Shown here piece after piece: positions 33,797 to 43,245 of a stretch of DNA of 64,000 bases. Source of the DNA: a virus (Duplodnaviria; Caudoviricetes). The translations under genes were made by a program, and so were the position numbers. Within the stretch, counting starts at the first letter, position 1, and the number at the start of each line of letters is the position of its first letter. The notes below the pieces were generated by a model. The model was not told where the DNA came from. It ran no database searches and worked only from the letters and a program-made list of their open reading frames with translations. Where the stretch lies: the IMG/VR virus record IMGVR_UViG_3300016643_000249, positions 7,358 to 71,357 of that record; one strand, written 5' to 3'.

Positions 33797-34524
33797 ATGA
33801 AAAAATTTTGTAGACCCTCCACAACAATATTTTCTTTATAACCACACTTACGACATTTAAAATCTAAATTCTTTTTTATCTTAGGAGTAGTTTCAAAAAA
33901 TTGTTGTATTTTTTCTAAATCTTTTTGTTGTAAATTATCAATAAATTCTTCTAGTTCTTCTTTAGAAACATCTTTAGGGTAATAAATTTGGTCACTATCA
34001 AAAATATTGTCAATACAACTTGCTAGTAACTCCATTAAAATTTCATTTTCATTTTGACCTTTAAGATTTGCAACTGTTTCAAATGTTGGGTATTTCATCA
34101 TAATGCCTAATTTTTCATTAAGCATAATTTTTTTTGTGTGATTTGGATTTTTATCTGGTAATATTTCTAAAAGATTAACTTCAAATTTTTCTAATGAACC
34201 GCAAACTTTTTCTTCATCGCTATCATCTTTTACTTTATTGTTACACTTATACTGAAGGGTAACAACTTCATTTACAGACCTTGCTCTAAGGTTTAAAAAT
34301 ATAAATTCTAAATCAAAAACAGGCAACGATTCAATATCAACATCGTCAATAACACAATTTTTAGAAATCTGTTTGACCACATTCAAAGCATCCTTTGGAT
34401 CTTCTGATTGTGATGCCATCAATAAAAGTTTTTGTTCTTTTACCAAAAAAGGCCTAAAACGAACAATTTTTCCTGTAGAAATAAGTTTCAATTCATAAAT
34501 TGGTACATCAATTTTAGGTAACAT
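33793..34524 (-). CDS. gp26: baseplate hub subunit gp26
   Basis: LPKI..P.YEL....G..V.FRPFLVKEQK.LL. Confidence 0.9.
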   Translation of the reverse strand: MLPKIDVPIYELKLISTGKIVRFRPFLVKEQKLLLMASQSEDPKDALNVVKQISKNCVIDDVDIESLPVFDLEFIFLNLRARSVNEVVTLQYKCNNKVKDDSDEEKVCGSLEKFEVNLLEILPDKNPNHTKKIMLNEKLGIMMKYPTFETVANLKGQNENEILMELLASCIDNIFDSDQIYYPKDVSKEELEEFIDNLQQKDLEKIQQFFETTPKIKKNLDFKCRKCGYKENIVVEGLQNFFI

Positions 34525-34543
34525 AATAACCTCGCTTAGTTAA

Positions 34544-35293
34544 TTAAAATGCACGGCCAATAGGTAATTTTCTAGCTGCAACCGAGCCAAATAAAGATGT
34601 TGCTGCTGATGCCAAATCATAATTACCATCGTAAATTACTTTATATTTTTGATAAGCAAAATTAACTTGCAATCTGTGAAAATTTTCTTCTGACCAACTT
34701 AAAGATTGTGGTGCTATTCCTATTGGAAAAGCATCAATCAGTTCAACCGCATAAATTTGTTTGATAAATTCATCATATTGAATTATTTTAATATTGCACA
34801 TATATCGTGTATTTTGACCTTTAGGAAATCTTAAGTTATTTGTGTCTGAAGGATGAATTGCTTCCATCCAACGGTCAAAAAGTTTTCTTTCAAAAAAATC
34901 ATTTGTGCATAAAAAAGTAAAACTTATATCGCCATATGATGTTTGATATGGCACTTTAAATGTTGGTCCATATATTTTTACATCGGCTGTTTGTAATGTT
35001 TTTCCTGGTAATTCAGCGGTTTCACATTGAAGTGCCAAATACCGAGACAGAGAAGAATTGGATGTTTTTGAATATTCGTCTGCATCACCTTGACGACCAA
35101 AGGCTGAACCAATCGCATCAGAAACATCTGTAAAAATAGAGTTTGGAAAATTTAGTATTTTCTCAATGATTGAACTGCCAACAAATTGGCCAACATAAGG
35201 TGGAATAGGAAGTATAACTTCAAAACGAGATGGTTTTGCTAGTCCGTCTTTGCCACGAATGTTTGATAAAAATAGATTTGGTGAAAATGACAT
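34544..35293 (-). CDS. gp54: baseplate tail-tube initiator gp54
   Basis: gp19-like fold motifs, AFP.....L.W; synteny. Confidence 0.75.
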   Translation of the reverse strand: MSFSPNLFLSNIRGKDGLAKPSRFEVILPIPPYVGQFVGSSIIEKILNFPNSIFTDVSDAIGSAFGRQGDADEYSKTSNSSLSRYLALQCETAELPGKTLQTADVKIYGPTFKVPYQTSYGDISFTFLCTNDFFERKLFDRWMEAIHPSDTNNLRFPKGQNTRYMCNIKIIQYDEFIKQIYAVELIDAFPIGIAPQSLSWSEENFHRLQVNFAYQKYKVIYDGNYDLASAATSLFGSVAARKLPIGRAF

Positions 35294-35871
35294 TAGAATT
35301 TTTTCCGTGAGTCAGCGTAAACTTTGCTTTCTGAAGCGTTTACAAAAGTGTCCATTGGTAATAATGCAGCAATATCCCACTCATCAGCAGATATCTCTAA
35401 AAAACGAGATGTAATGTGGTTAAAAAGATACCTCTTGATGCATGGCATAGCCTCAAAAGCTGTTGATGCTTGTCTAAGATAATCATAACTTAATCTCAAT
35501 CGTGTTCGCTCATCAAACTTACTATTTGATGCAGTTTCACTTAATTTGTCCAATAATATGATTCGTTGCCTTGGGTGAATGTAATGCAAGTTCAACCCTA
35601 AAAAACCGTCTGAGTATTGTTCTATTGGAATCACCAATGGGAACCTGTCGTAATATGGCATTGAATCTTTTGTTTTTGGGTCATAGTAGTAAAAATACAT
35701 CTTGCCAATAAAAGTGTTGTTTCTTAACCTTGCTCGGTCTCGCATTAGAGAACTTGGTGAAGGGTTTAACGAACCAACTTTTGAGCGTAACCAAGCTCTT
35801 GCTTTATTGGTACGGGGAACATACCCTTCTTTAGCAAGAGATTGATTTATTCGGTCAATGAGATAAGCCAT
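35293..35871 (-). CDS. gp2: DNA end protector gp2
   Basis: YDPK.K..PYYD.FPL, LGLNLHY, CIKRYL. Confidence 0.9.
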   Translation of the reverse strand: MAYLIDRINQSLAKEGYVPRTNKARAWLRSKVGSLNPSPSSLMRDRARLRNNTFIGKMYFYYYDPKTKDSMPYYDRFPLVIPIEQYSDGFLGLNLHYIHPRQRIILLDKLSETASNSKFDERTRLRLSYDYLRQASTAFEAMPCIKRYLFNHITSRFLEISADEWDIAALLPMDTFVNASESKVYADSRKKF

Positions 35872-35884
35872 TACGCTATTTATC

Positions 35885-36319
35885 TCAAAGTCCAAGCCCT
35901 AGTTCATTCTCTGTAATTAGCATAAACTTCCAACCATGTTCTTTGCAAAATAGGTCGGCTGCTCGCCACTTTTCTTGGTTTACCGCATATGTGGCAACTT
36001 CTTGGAGAAACTTTTGTGTTTTGCGCTTTTGTTTTGGAAGTTGCGTTTGATGAAAAGGTTTAACTTCCATAACCACCGTCACCTCACCTTTAGCCTGACG
36101 AATCCTTGCAATAAAATCAGGAAAATAGCGATGAACTTTTTGGTCAACTGGAGATTTGTAAGGGATTGGTAATTCTTCTGAAGCCCACCAGATTACATTT
36201 GGTTGCTCATCCAAATACTTCATTACACGCAATTCCCATGAGGAACGATAGACGATGTTTGTGGCATCACCTTTGTATTTCTGTGGGTTGCGAGGAGTAA
36301 ACCATCCTTTATATGACAT
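35885..36319 (-). CDS. gp4: head completion nuclease gp4
   Basis: P.NPQKY.GD...I.YRSSWE, HRYFPDF, EVKP. Confidence 0.92.
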   Translation of the reverse strand: MSYKGWFTPRNPQKYKGDATNIVYRSSWELRVMKYLDEQPNVIWWASEELPIPYKSPVDQKVHRYFPDFIARIRQAKGEVTVVMEVKPFHQTQLPKQKRKTQKFLQEVATYAVNQEKWRAADLFCKEHGWKFMLITENELGLGL

Positions 36320-36324
36320 AAATA
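36317..36324 (+). promoter_or_regulatory. late promoter variant CATAAATA
   Basis: Upstream of gp48; similar NATAAATA at 40766, 45790, 54165/54173, 57247, 60328. Confidence 0.55.
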
Positions 36325-36352
36325 CTATCTATCTCACTTTTAGGAATCTTAT

Positions 36353-37621
36353 ATGCCACTCTTTGGCTTCGGCGACATTCAATTCAATAAAGGTCAAAAT
36401 TCAACTAAAGGACCATTAAAAGCTCTTGTTGAAAGTAGATATGCAACTACAACATTGAGGTATCCTTTAGACATTGGTAATTCAGATAAAGGCCACTACA
36501 TGGTACTTTATATTAAAAAGCAAGAAGGTTCAAAATCCGATGAAAATTTGACTCAAACTGGTTTTGTTGAAGCCACAAATTCAGCTTTTAAAAATCCAGT
36601 TAATAATGTAGTCAATTCAGCTTCAGAAGCAATAAAAGGTAATTTTGCTGGTACACTTTCTTCAGGAATACAAAATTCATTTAGCCAATCCTCCGGCGGT
36701 GTTATTGGTAATTTAACGAGTTCAATTGGTAGTGCTTTTAAACAAATTACTGGTAACATATCAAGTTTAAATAATCCTTTTGGTCAAACAACTATAATTA
36801 ATGCCAATGGTGCAGCTTCACAAGAAATTAATAGAAACAACATAAAATCTTTAATTGCAAGCGGTGATATTCTTCGTGGCATCAGAAAAACAACAAGAAC
36901 AAATCAAGCAATTGCTTTGTATATGCCAGACACTTTGCAATTTGAATATAAACAAAGTTATGAACAATTGAATTTGTCACAAACAGCTTTAGGTATTGCT
37001 GGAATGTCAGCTGCTAAACAATTGGAAGCTGGCGAATATTATTCAGCAGCAAAAGATGCACTCAAATCAGTTCCTGCTATTTTGCAACAACAAGCCAATA
37101 AAAGATTAGGTGCAATTGGTGCTGCGGGTGGTTTCCTTGCAACTGGTGCTGTAGTTAATCCATTATTAGAAGTAATTTATAACTCTCCTCAATTCAGAAC
37201 ATTTCAGTATGATTTTATTTTTTATCCAAGAGATGAGAGAGAAGCGGTAGAAGTTCAAAAAATTATTAACACACTACAATTTCATCAAGCACCTGAATTT
37301 AAAGAAGGTTCAGCAGGAAGTTTATTAATACCACCATCAGAATTTGATATACAATTTTATTATTCTGGAGAAGTCAACAAAAATTTACCAGAAATTGGTA
37401 ACTGTGTTTTAACCTCAATACAAGTAAACTATGCGCCAAATGGTTTTTATGCTTACGAAGTTCCTGGACAAAATGCTACTGTTGGCGGAACAGGTATGCC
37501 AGTTGCAATTCAAATGACTTTGCAATTCCAAGAAACCACATATCTGACAAAAAATAAACCAGGCGAATTAGGAATAGTAAAAGACATTTATGACCCTTCT
37601 AATAGAGAACGAGATGTGTGA
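36353..37621 (+). CDS. gp48: baseplate tail-tube cap gp48
   Basis: LRYP.D, IALYMP, NP..E..Y.SP.FRTF...F.F.P. Confidence 0.85.
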   Translation: MPLFGFGDIQFNKGQNSTKGPLKALVESRYATTTLRYPLDIGNSDKGHYMVLYIKKQEGSKSDENLTQTGFVEATNSAFKNPVNNVVNSASEAIKGNFAGTLSSGIQNSFSQSSGGVIGNLTSSIGSAFKQITGNISSLNNPFGQTTIINANGAASQEINRNNIKSLIASGDILRGIRKTTRTNQAIALYMPDTLQFEYKQSYEQLNLSQTALGIAGMSAAKQLEAGEYYSAAKDALKSVPAILQQQANKRLGAIGAAGGFLATGAVVNPLLEVIYNSPQFRTFQYDFIFYPRDEREAVEVQKIINTLQFHQAPEFKEGSAGSLLIPPSEFDIQFYYSGEVNKNLPEIGNCVLTSIQVNYAPNGFYAYEVPGQNATVGGTGMPVAIQMTLQFQETTYLTKNKPGELGIVKDIYDPSNRERDV

Positions 37622-38271
37622 TGGCCAAATTTTTTAGATATTATCCAAAAACATTTTACACAAGTAATAATTCTGTTACTGGTGTAGATGCTGTTACAAA
37701 TATAATTGCTAGATTTGGTTTTGAACAAACACTAAAACAAAACTCAAATGCCTTTTACAAATATCAAATACAAGATGGTGATACACCAGAAATTATTGCT
37801 GACAAATATTATGGAAATGTTGAATATCATTGGGTTGTTTTACTTTTTAACGATATTATTGACCCACAATTTGATTGGCCTTTAAATCAAAACTCTATCA
37901 TTGAATATATTGATAAAAAATATGCTGCTAATGGAGCAGCAAATACACCTGCTCAGTCAGGTATAATTTGGGCTTTAAGTGAGAATAATGTTCAGGCATA
38001 TTTTAAGGTTATTACAACAACAGGAAGTGACGGAACAATTACAACCGAAAAACTTCAGGTTGATAGAAACACATATGCAAACATAGCATCAAGTACCACA
38101 TCCTACACTACACAAGCAAATGAAAATGTAACTGTGGCAATAACAAAAGAAAGTCGTTCTTACTACACTTATGAGGTAGTAGAAAATGAAAACAAACGAG
38201 AAATAAATCTTTTAAAATCTGAGTTTATACCGGAAGTAGAAAAAGAATTTAAGCGGGTTATCAGTTTATGA
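37621..38271 (+). CDS. gp53: baseplate wedge subunit gp53
   Basis: GDTPE.IADKYYG....HWVVL.FN.I.DP..DWP. Confidence 0.88.
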   Translation: MAKFFRYYPKTFYTSNNSVTGVDAVTNIIARFGFEQTLKQNSNAFYKYQIQDGDTPEIIADKYYGNVEYHWVVLLFNDIIDPQFDWPLNQNSIIEYIDKKYAANGAANTPAQSGIIWALSENNVQAYFKVITTTGSDGTITTEKLQVDRNTYANIASSTTSYTTQANENVTVAITKESRSYYTYEVVENENKREINLLKSEFIPEVEKEFKRVISL

Positions 38272-39590
38272 GTTTGAAAATGTTAAAATCTACTCAATTT
38301 GAAATAATTGAGTTAGTTCTTGTTACCAAAGGTGGTAAAATTGACATAGCAAACTTATGTGAAGAAATAAACATTCACGACACTTTATTTTTATCTGTAA
38401 TGAGTGGAAGCCTTGTTATTGGTGATTCAGTTGGTTTATCCAGTAAACTTCTTTTTGATGGCTCAGAATCAATTCTTATACACATCAAAAAAGATAAAAA
38501 TTCTGAAATATTAGATTTTAAAAAAGCTTTTCGTATTTACAAACAAACAAATCGGTCAATTATTAAACCTGGTTTAGAAAAATACATTTTGCATTTTACA
38601 TCTGATGAATTAATTTATTCTGACCAACAAAGAGTAAACCAATCCTATGAAACAAACTATTCAAAAATAGTTGAAAGAATTTTGGTTGATTACCTTAAAG
38701 TGCCTCAAAACAATCTAGGTGGTGTTTATGAATTTTCTTCTGGTGTTCAAAAAATAGTTATACCTAATCTGAGACCTTTAGAAGCAATTGAGTGGTGTGC
38801 AAAAAGAGCTTTAGACATAAATCAATCTCCAAATTTTATGTTCTATCAAAACATAACAGGTTTTAATTTTGCCACGCTTTCAACTTTGCTTACACAACCT
38901 TCAATAATTGACATATCATATGAAACAAAAAATATAAACGGTGAAACGGCATTTGATGAAATGGGTGGTGCTAGGCATTTAGAAATAGTTTCATTAAATG
39001 ATAACATTGAACGAACTAGGTCAGGTGTTAATGCTGGTAAATTTATTGGTTTTGATCCAGTTACAAGAACTATTAGCACAAAAAATATTTCATACGGTGA
39101 CCATTATTTAAATATGAAACATGGCAATAAAACTCCAAATTTTAGTCAAATACAAAGTCGTGATGGGTTATCAAATTCTGAAGCTTTTAACTCACGAAAA
39201 TCTGTAAGTATTTTTAACTACAATAGACAATTTAGTGAATACATTAAAAAGAAAGAACCTTCTTCTTTAACAAATAGAGATGGTATTGAAAGTTGGCTTT
39301 TTCAAAGAAAAGCAATTATTAAAAATTTAATGTCTAAACGCCTTAAACTTGTAATGCCAGGTAATTTTCAACTTTCTTCTGGTTTTAATGTAAATGTGAA
39401 TGTACCCATTATTGGTTCAACAATAGGTGAAGATAGAAGTATAAATGGAAAATATTTAATTGTTGCTTCTCGTCAAATTATTGGTTACGAAAAGCATGAA
39501 ACAATCATTGAAGTTGCTTCTAGCTCATCTGATGTTGAATATGTTTCAGCCAGTGATGATGAACAACAAAAAGAAATTTTAACTTATTAA
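38268..39590 (+). CDS. baseplate hub protein (gp27-like)
   Basis: Between gp53 and gp5; synteny only. Confidence 0.6.
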   Translation: MSLKMLKSTQFEIIELVLVTKGGKIDIANLCEEINIHDTLFLSVMSGSLVIGDSVGLSSKLLFDGSESILIHIKKDKNSEILDFKKAFRIYKQTNRSIIKPGLEKYILHFTSDELIYSDQQRVNQSYETNYSKIVERILVDYLKVPQNNLGGVYEFSSGVQKIVIPNLRPLEAIEWCAKRALDINQSPNFMFYQNITGFNFATLSTLLTQPSIIDISYETKNINGETAFDEMGGARHLEIVSLNDNIERTRSGVNAGKFIGFDPVTRTISTKNISYGDHYLNMKHGNKTPNFSQIQSRDGLSNSEAFNSRKSVSIFNYNRQFSEYIKKKEPSSLTNRDGIESWLFQRKAIIKNLMSKRLKLVMPGNFQLSSGFNVNVNVPIIGSTIGEDRSINGKYLIVASRQIIGYEKHETIIEVASSSSDVEYVSASDDEQQKEILTY

Positions 39591-39591
39591 A

Positions 39592-40461
39592 ATGATTAAA
39601 AACGAAGAATCTAAAGATTTTGCAGGTAAAGCCGGTTTTATTTGGTGGATTGGGATTGTTGAAGATAGACAAGACCCCTTAAAGTTAGGTCGTTGCCGTG
39701 TTCGTTGTGTTGGTTGGCACTCTGAAAATAAAATGCATTTACCAACAGAGAATCTTCCTTGGGCCACTCCTTCTTTACCTGTAAATAATCCATCACCTTA
39801 TTCACCGAAAGAAGGAGATATGGTTTTTGGTTTCTTTTCTGATGGTGAAAATGCACAAGATCCAATTATAATAGGAATTTTTCCAGGAATACCACTTAAA
39901 GCAGGAAACGCACAAGAAGCGTTTAGTGACAGCCGTAATTCTGACCAGTTATCTTCTGCACCAGTTAAACCATCTGAATCAGCTACTCTTTATCCTAGAA
40001 GATTAGATGAACCAACAACTTCTCGCTTGGCACGAAATGACTCTGATTACCCTTCACCAATCAATGAAAGTAAAGCTGCAAATAAAGCATCAAAAGTAGA
40101 ACCAAATTCATACTATAATGCCAAGTATCCTTACAATAATGTTTATGAATCTGAATCTGGCCATGCAATGGAGTTTGATGATACACCAAATGCAGAAAGA
40201 ATTCATTTGTATCATCGGTCAGGCTCATATACAGAATGGGCAGCAAATGGTGATAGAGCAGAAAGAATTCAAAAAGATAAATTTACAGTAGTGATTGGTA
40301 ATGATTCTGTTTATGTGAAAGGTGATGTAAAAGTATATGTTGATGGAAATGCATCATTAGAAATTGGTGGAAACTTTAGTGCTACAATTGGTGGTACCTG
40401 TGATATAATATCTGGTGGTAATATGTCATTTACTGCTCCTAGAATAGACCTAAACGAATAA
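39592..40461 (+). CDS. gp5: baseplate hub/spike gp5 (OB fold + beta-helix, no lysozyme domain)
   Basis: WWIGIVEDRQDPLKLGRCRVR, YPYNNVYESESGH..EFDDTP..ERI. Confidence 0.9.
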   Translation: MIKNEESKDFAGKAGFIWWIGIVEDRQDPLKLGRCRVRCVGWHSENKMHLPTENLPWATPSLPVNNPSPYSPKEGDMVFGFFSDGENAQDPIIIGIFPGIPLKAGNAQEAFSDSRNSDQLSSAPVKPSESATLYPRRLDEPTTSRLARNDSDYPSPINESKAANKASKVEPNSYYNAKYPYNNVYESESGHAMEFDDTPNAERIHLYHRSGSYTEWAANGDRAERIQKDKFTVVIGNDSVYVKGDVKVYVDGNASLEIGGNFSATIGGTCDIISGGNMSFTAPRIDLNE

Positions 40462-40766
40462 TGCCAGCCATAGCAAGAAAAGACGGAACAGATACAATTG
40501 CAACCAATCATGGTTGTGATTCTACAACTGTGACCAAAGAAGGTTCAACTAATGTTTTCATTAATGGAAAAGGAGCGGTTAGGGCAGGAGATTTGTGTGA
40601 GGTACATACTATTCCTGCTGGGCCCGCTTGTGTTCCTCATCAAGTTTCATTGACTTCTTTTTCTTCAACCGTTTTTGTAAATGGCAAAGGAATTGGTAGA
40701 AAAGGTGATGAATACTCTGGCCACACTTTAACTTCTGGTTCTTTAAATGTCTTTGCTGGAGGTTGA
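40461..40766 (+). CDS. gp5.4: PAAR spike-tip protein gp5.4
   Basis: MPAIAR.., GS..VF.NGK repeats, Cys/His. Confidence 0.85.
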   Translation: MPAIARKDGTDTIATNHGCDSTTVTKEGSTNVFINGKGAVRAGDLCEVHTIPAGPACVPHQVSLTSFSSTVFVNGKGIGRKGDEYSGHTLTSGSLNVFAGG

Positions 40767-40777
40767 ATAAATAGAAA

Positions 40778-41182
40778 ATGGCAACCGTAAACATACAATC
40801 AGAACGCACTTTTAGAGACCTGGACCTAAATTTTACCATTCATCCAGTCAAAAAAGATATAAACACCTATAAGAATGAGTATGCGGTCATCAATTCTATT
40901 AAGAATTTGGTACTAACAAATCACTACGAAAGACCGTTTCAACCAGAACTTGGCAGTAATATACGCCGCCTTTTATTTGAACAGGTTGATTCAGTAACAG
41001 CTGCACAAATTGAAAGAGAAATAACAGAGGTAATTGGTAATTTTGAACCTAGAGCTCAGGTATCTAAAATTGAAGCCGTACCTGCGCCAGATGAAAACAA
41101 ATATGAAATTTATTTGGAATTTTTTATTATCAATAATTCTTCACCAATTACAATTAATTTTTTCCTAGAGCGGATTAGATAA
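40778..41182 (+). CDS. gp25: baseplate wedge subunit gp25
   Basis: ERPFQPELGS, FEPRA. Confidence 0.92.
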   Translation: MATVNIQSERTFRDLDLNFTIHPVKKDINTYKNEYAVINSIKNLVLTNHYERPFQPELGSNIRRLLFEQVDSVTAAQIEREITEVIGNFEPRAQVSKIEAVPAPDENKYEIYLEFFIINNSSPITINFFLERIR

Positions 41183-41184
41183 AC

Positions 41185-43245
41185 ATGGTAGACCGTTTAA
41201 GAGTAACAGAACTTGATTTTGATACAATCAAGCAAAATTTAAAAAACTTTTTAAGACAACAATCTGAATTCCAAGATTACGATTTTGATGGAGCCGGTCT
41301 ATCGGTTCTATTAGACATTCTTGCCTATAATACTCATTACAATGCATACTATTTGAACATGGTTGCAAATGAGTCATTTTTAGATACGGCATTGCTTCGT
41401 GATTCAGCTGTTTCTCATGCCAAAACTCTAGGTTATACTCCATATTCTACCAGAGCTCCAGTAGCAATTATTGATTTTACGGTAGAATCCAATTCTTCAA
41501 CATCTGGTACTTGCACTTTACCAGAAGGTTTTGCTTTTCTATCAAATCAAATTGACAGCAGAGCTTACAACTTTGTGGTACTAGAAGATACTACTGTCAC
41601 AAAATCAAACACGCAATATGTCTTTGAAAATTTAAACATCTATGAAGGCCAATTGATTACCTATTCATTTACATATGACAAAGGTTCAAACCCAAAATCG
41701 GTGTTTCAATTACCTGATGCAAGTATTGATACAACCACAATTAAAGTTACGGTATCGCCAAACGCAGCAAACAGCTCTACAACAGTTTATGAAAAAGTTA
41801 CAGATGTTTTAGATATTACCTCCACTTCAGAAGTTTTCTTTTTGCAAGAAGGCCGTGGTGGTTTGTTTGAGATATATTTTGGTAACGATGTTGTTGGCAA
41901 ATCTTTACCTGACGGCGCAATCGTTTCTGTTACTTACCTATCAACAAATGGAACTGCTGCAAACAAAGCAAATAATTTTGTTGCAACAGCCACAGTTGTA
42001 GATTCTCTCTCAACATCTCTTTCTAATTTTACAATTACGCCACAAAGCGGTGCATCTGGTGGTGCAGACCGTGAATCAGTTGACAATATTAAATTTTCAG
42101 CTGCTGCTCGCTTTTCAACACAAAATCGTTTAGTAACATTTAAAGATTACGAAACCTACATCTTAAATAATTACCCAAACATTGATTCAATTTCTGTTTG
42201 GGGCGGTGAAGAAAATGACCCGCCTGTTTATGGTCAAGTTTTTGTCTCTATGAAACCAAAAGAAAATTATTATATTTCTGAGACAGAAAAACAACGAATC
42301 ATTGACGAGATTATTAAACCAAAAGCTGTAATTGCGGTTCAAACACAAATTATTGACCCTGAATATTTGTACCTTGTTTTAGATGTTGAAGCACAATATG
42401 ATTCAAAGAAAACAACAGATACAGAACAAAATTTAAAATTAAAAATTCGTAATGCAATTTTGAACTATGCAGATACTTATTTGAACAAATTTGGTTCAAA
42501 GTTAATTGATTCAAAATTAGAGACCTCAATTGATAATGTTGACCTCAACTCAATTATTGGTAATGAAGTTGTAACAAAAGTTCAAAAGCGATTTGAGCCT
42601 GAAATTAATTTAACACAATCTTATAGTGTGAATTTTAATGTGCCTTTACATCGTGGCACAATCACAAATAAACTCACATCAACTGAATTTGATGTTTTAG
42701 ATTCAAATGGTGCAAGACGAACAGTTACTTTTGATGAAACTCCTCAATCATATAGTGGTATTTCATCAATTGAAGTTACAAATGCAGGAACAGGTTATAC
42801 CTCTGCACCGACAGTTACAATTACAGGTGACGGTACAGGCGCAACTGCAACAGCAACTATTGTGAATGGCAAAATTCAAAGTATTAATATTACAAATCGT
42901 GGTATTGATTACACCCGTGCTATCGTTACAATAAGTGGTGGTAATGGTTATGGTGCGGCCGCAACAGCTATAGTTGATGCACAAGTAGGAACATTACGAA
43001 CAGTTTACTACGATACAAATGCTCAAAGGCAAATTGTAAATGAAAATGCAGGTGAAATTAATTATGAAACAGGAATAGTTACAATTAATGACATAAAAAT
43101 ACTTTCTGTTTCTTCATCTGATAGCTTAATTCGTTTGACAATTGAATCACAAGAAGCTATTTTAGAATCTGCTAAAAATACAATCATCACTATTGATGAA
43201 ACTGACCCGGTATCTGTTGTTATTTCTTTAACTAATATTTCGTAA
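41185..43245 (+). CDS. gp6: baseplate wedge subunit gp6
   Basis: ELDFDTIK.NLK, DY.FDG.GLS.LLD.LAYNTHY, NRLVT..DY. Confidence 0.93.
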   Translation: MVDRLRVTELDFDTIKQNLKNFLRQQSEFQDYDFDGAGLSVLLDILAYNTHYNAYYLNMVANESFLDTALLRDSAVSHAKTLGYTPYSTRAPVAIIDFTVESNSSTSGTCTLPEGFAFLSNQIDSRAYNFVVLEDTTVTKSNTQYVFENLNIYEGQLITYSFTYDKGSNPKSVFQLPDASIDTTTIKVTVSPNAANSSTTVYEKVTDVLDITSTSEVFFLQEGRGGLFEIYFGNDVVGKSLPDGAIVSVTYLSTNGTAANKANNFVATATVVDSLSTSLSNFTITPQSGASGGADRESVDNIKFSAAARFSTQNRLVTFKDYETYILNNYPNIDSISVWGGEENDPPVYGQVFVSMKPKENYYISETEKQRIIDEIIKPKAVIAVQTQIIDPEYLYLVLDVEAQYDSKKTTDTEQNLKLKIRNAILNYADTYLNKFGSKLIDSKLETSIDNVDLNSIIGNEVVTKVQKRFEPEINLTQSYSVNFNVPLHRGTITNKLTSTEFDVLDSNGARRTVTFDETPQSYSGISSIEVTNAGTGYTSAPTVTITGDGTGATATATIVNGKIQSINITNRGIDYTRAIVTISGGNGYGAAATAIVDAQVGTLRTVYYDTNAQRQIVNENAGEINYETGIVTINDIKILSVSSSDSLIRLTIESQEAILESAKNTIITIDETDPVSVVISLTNIS

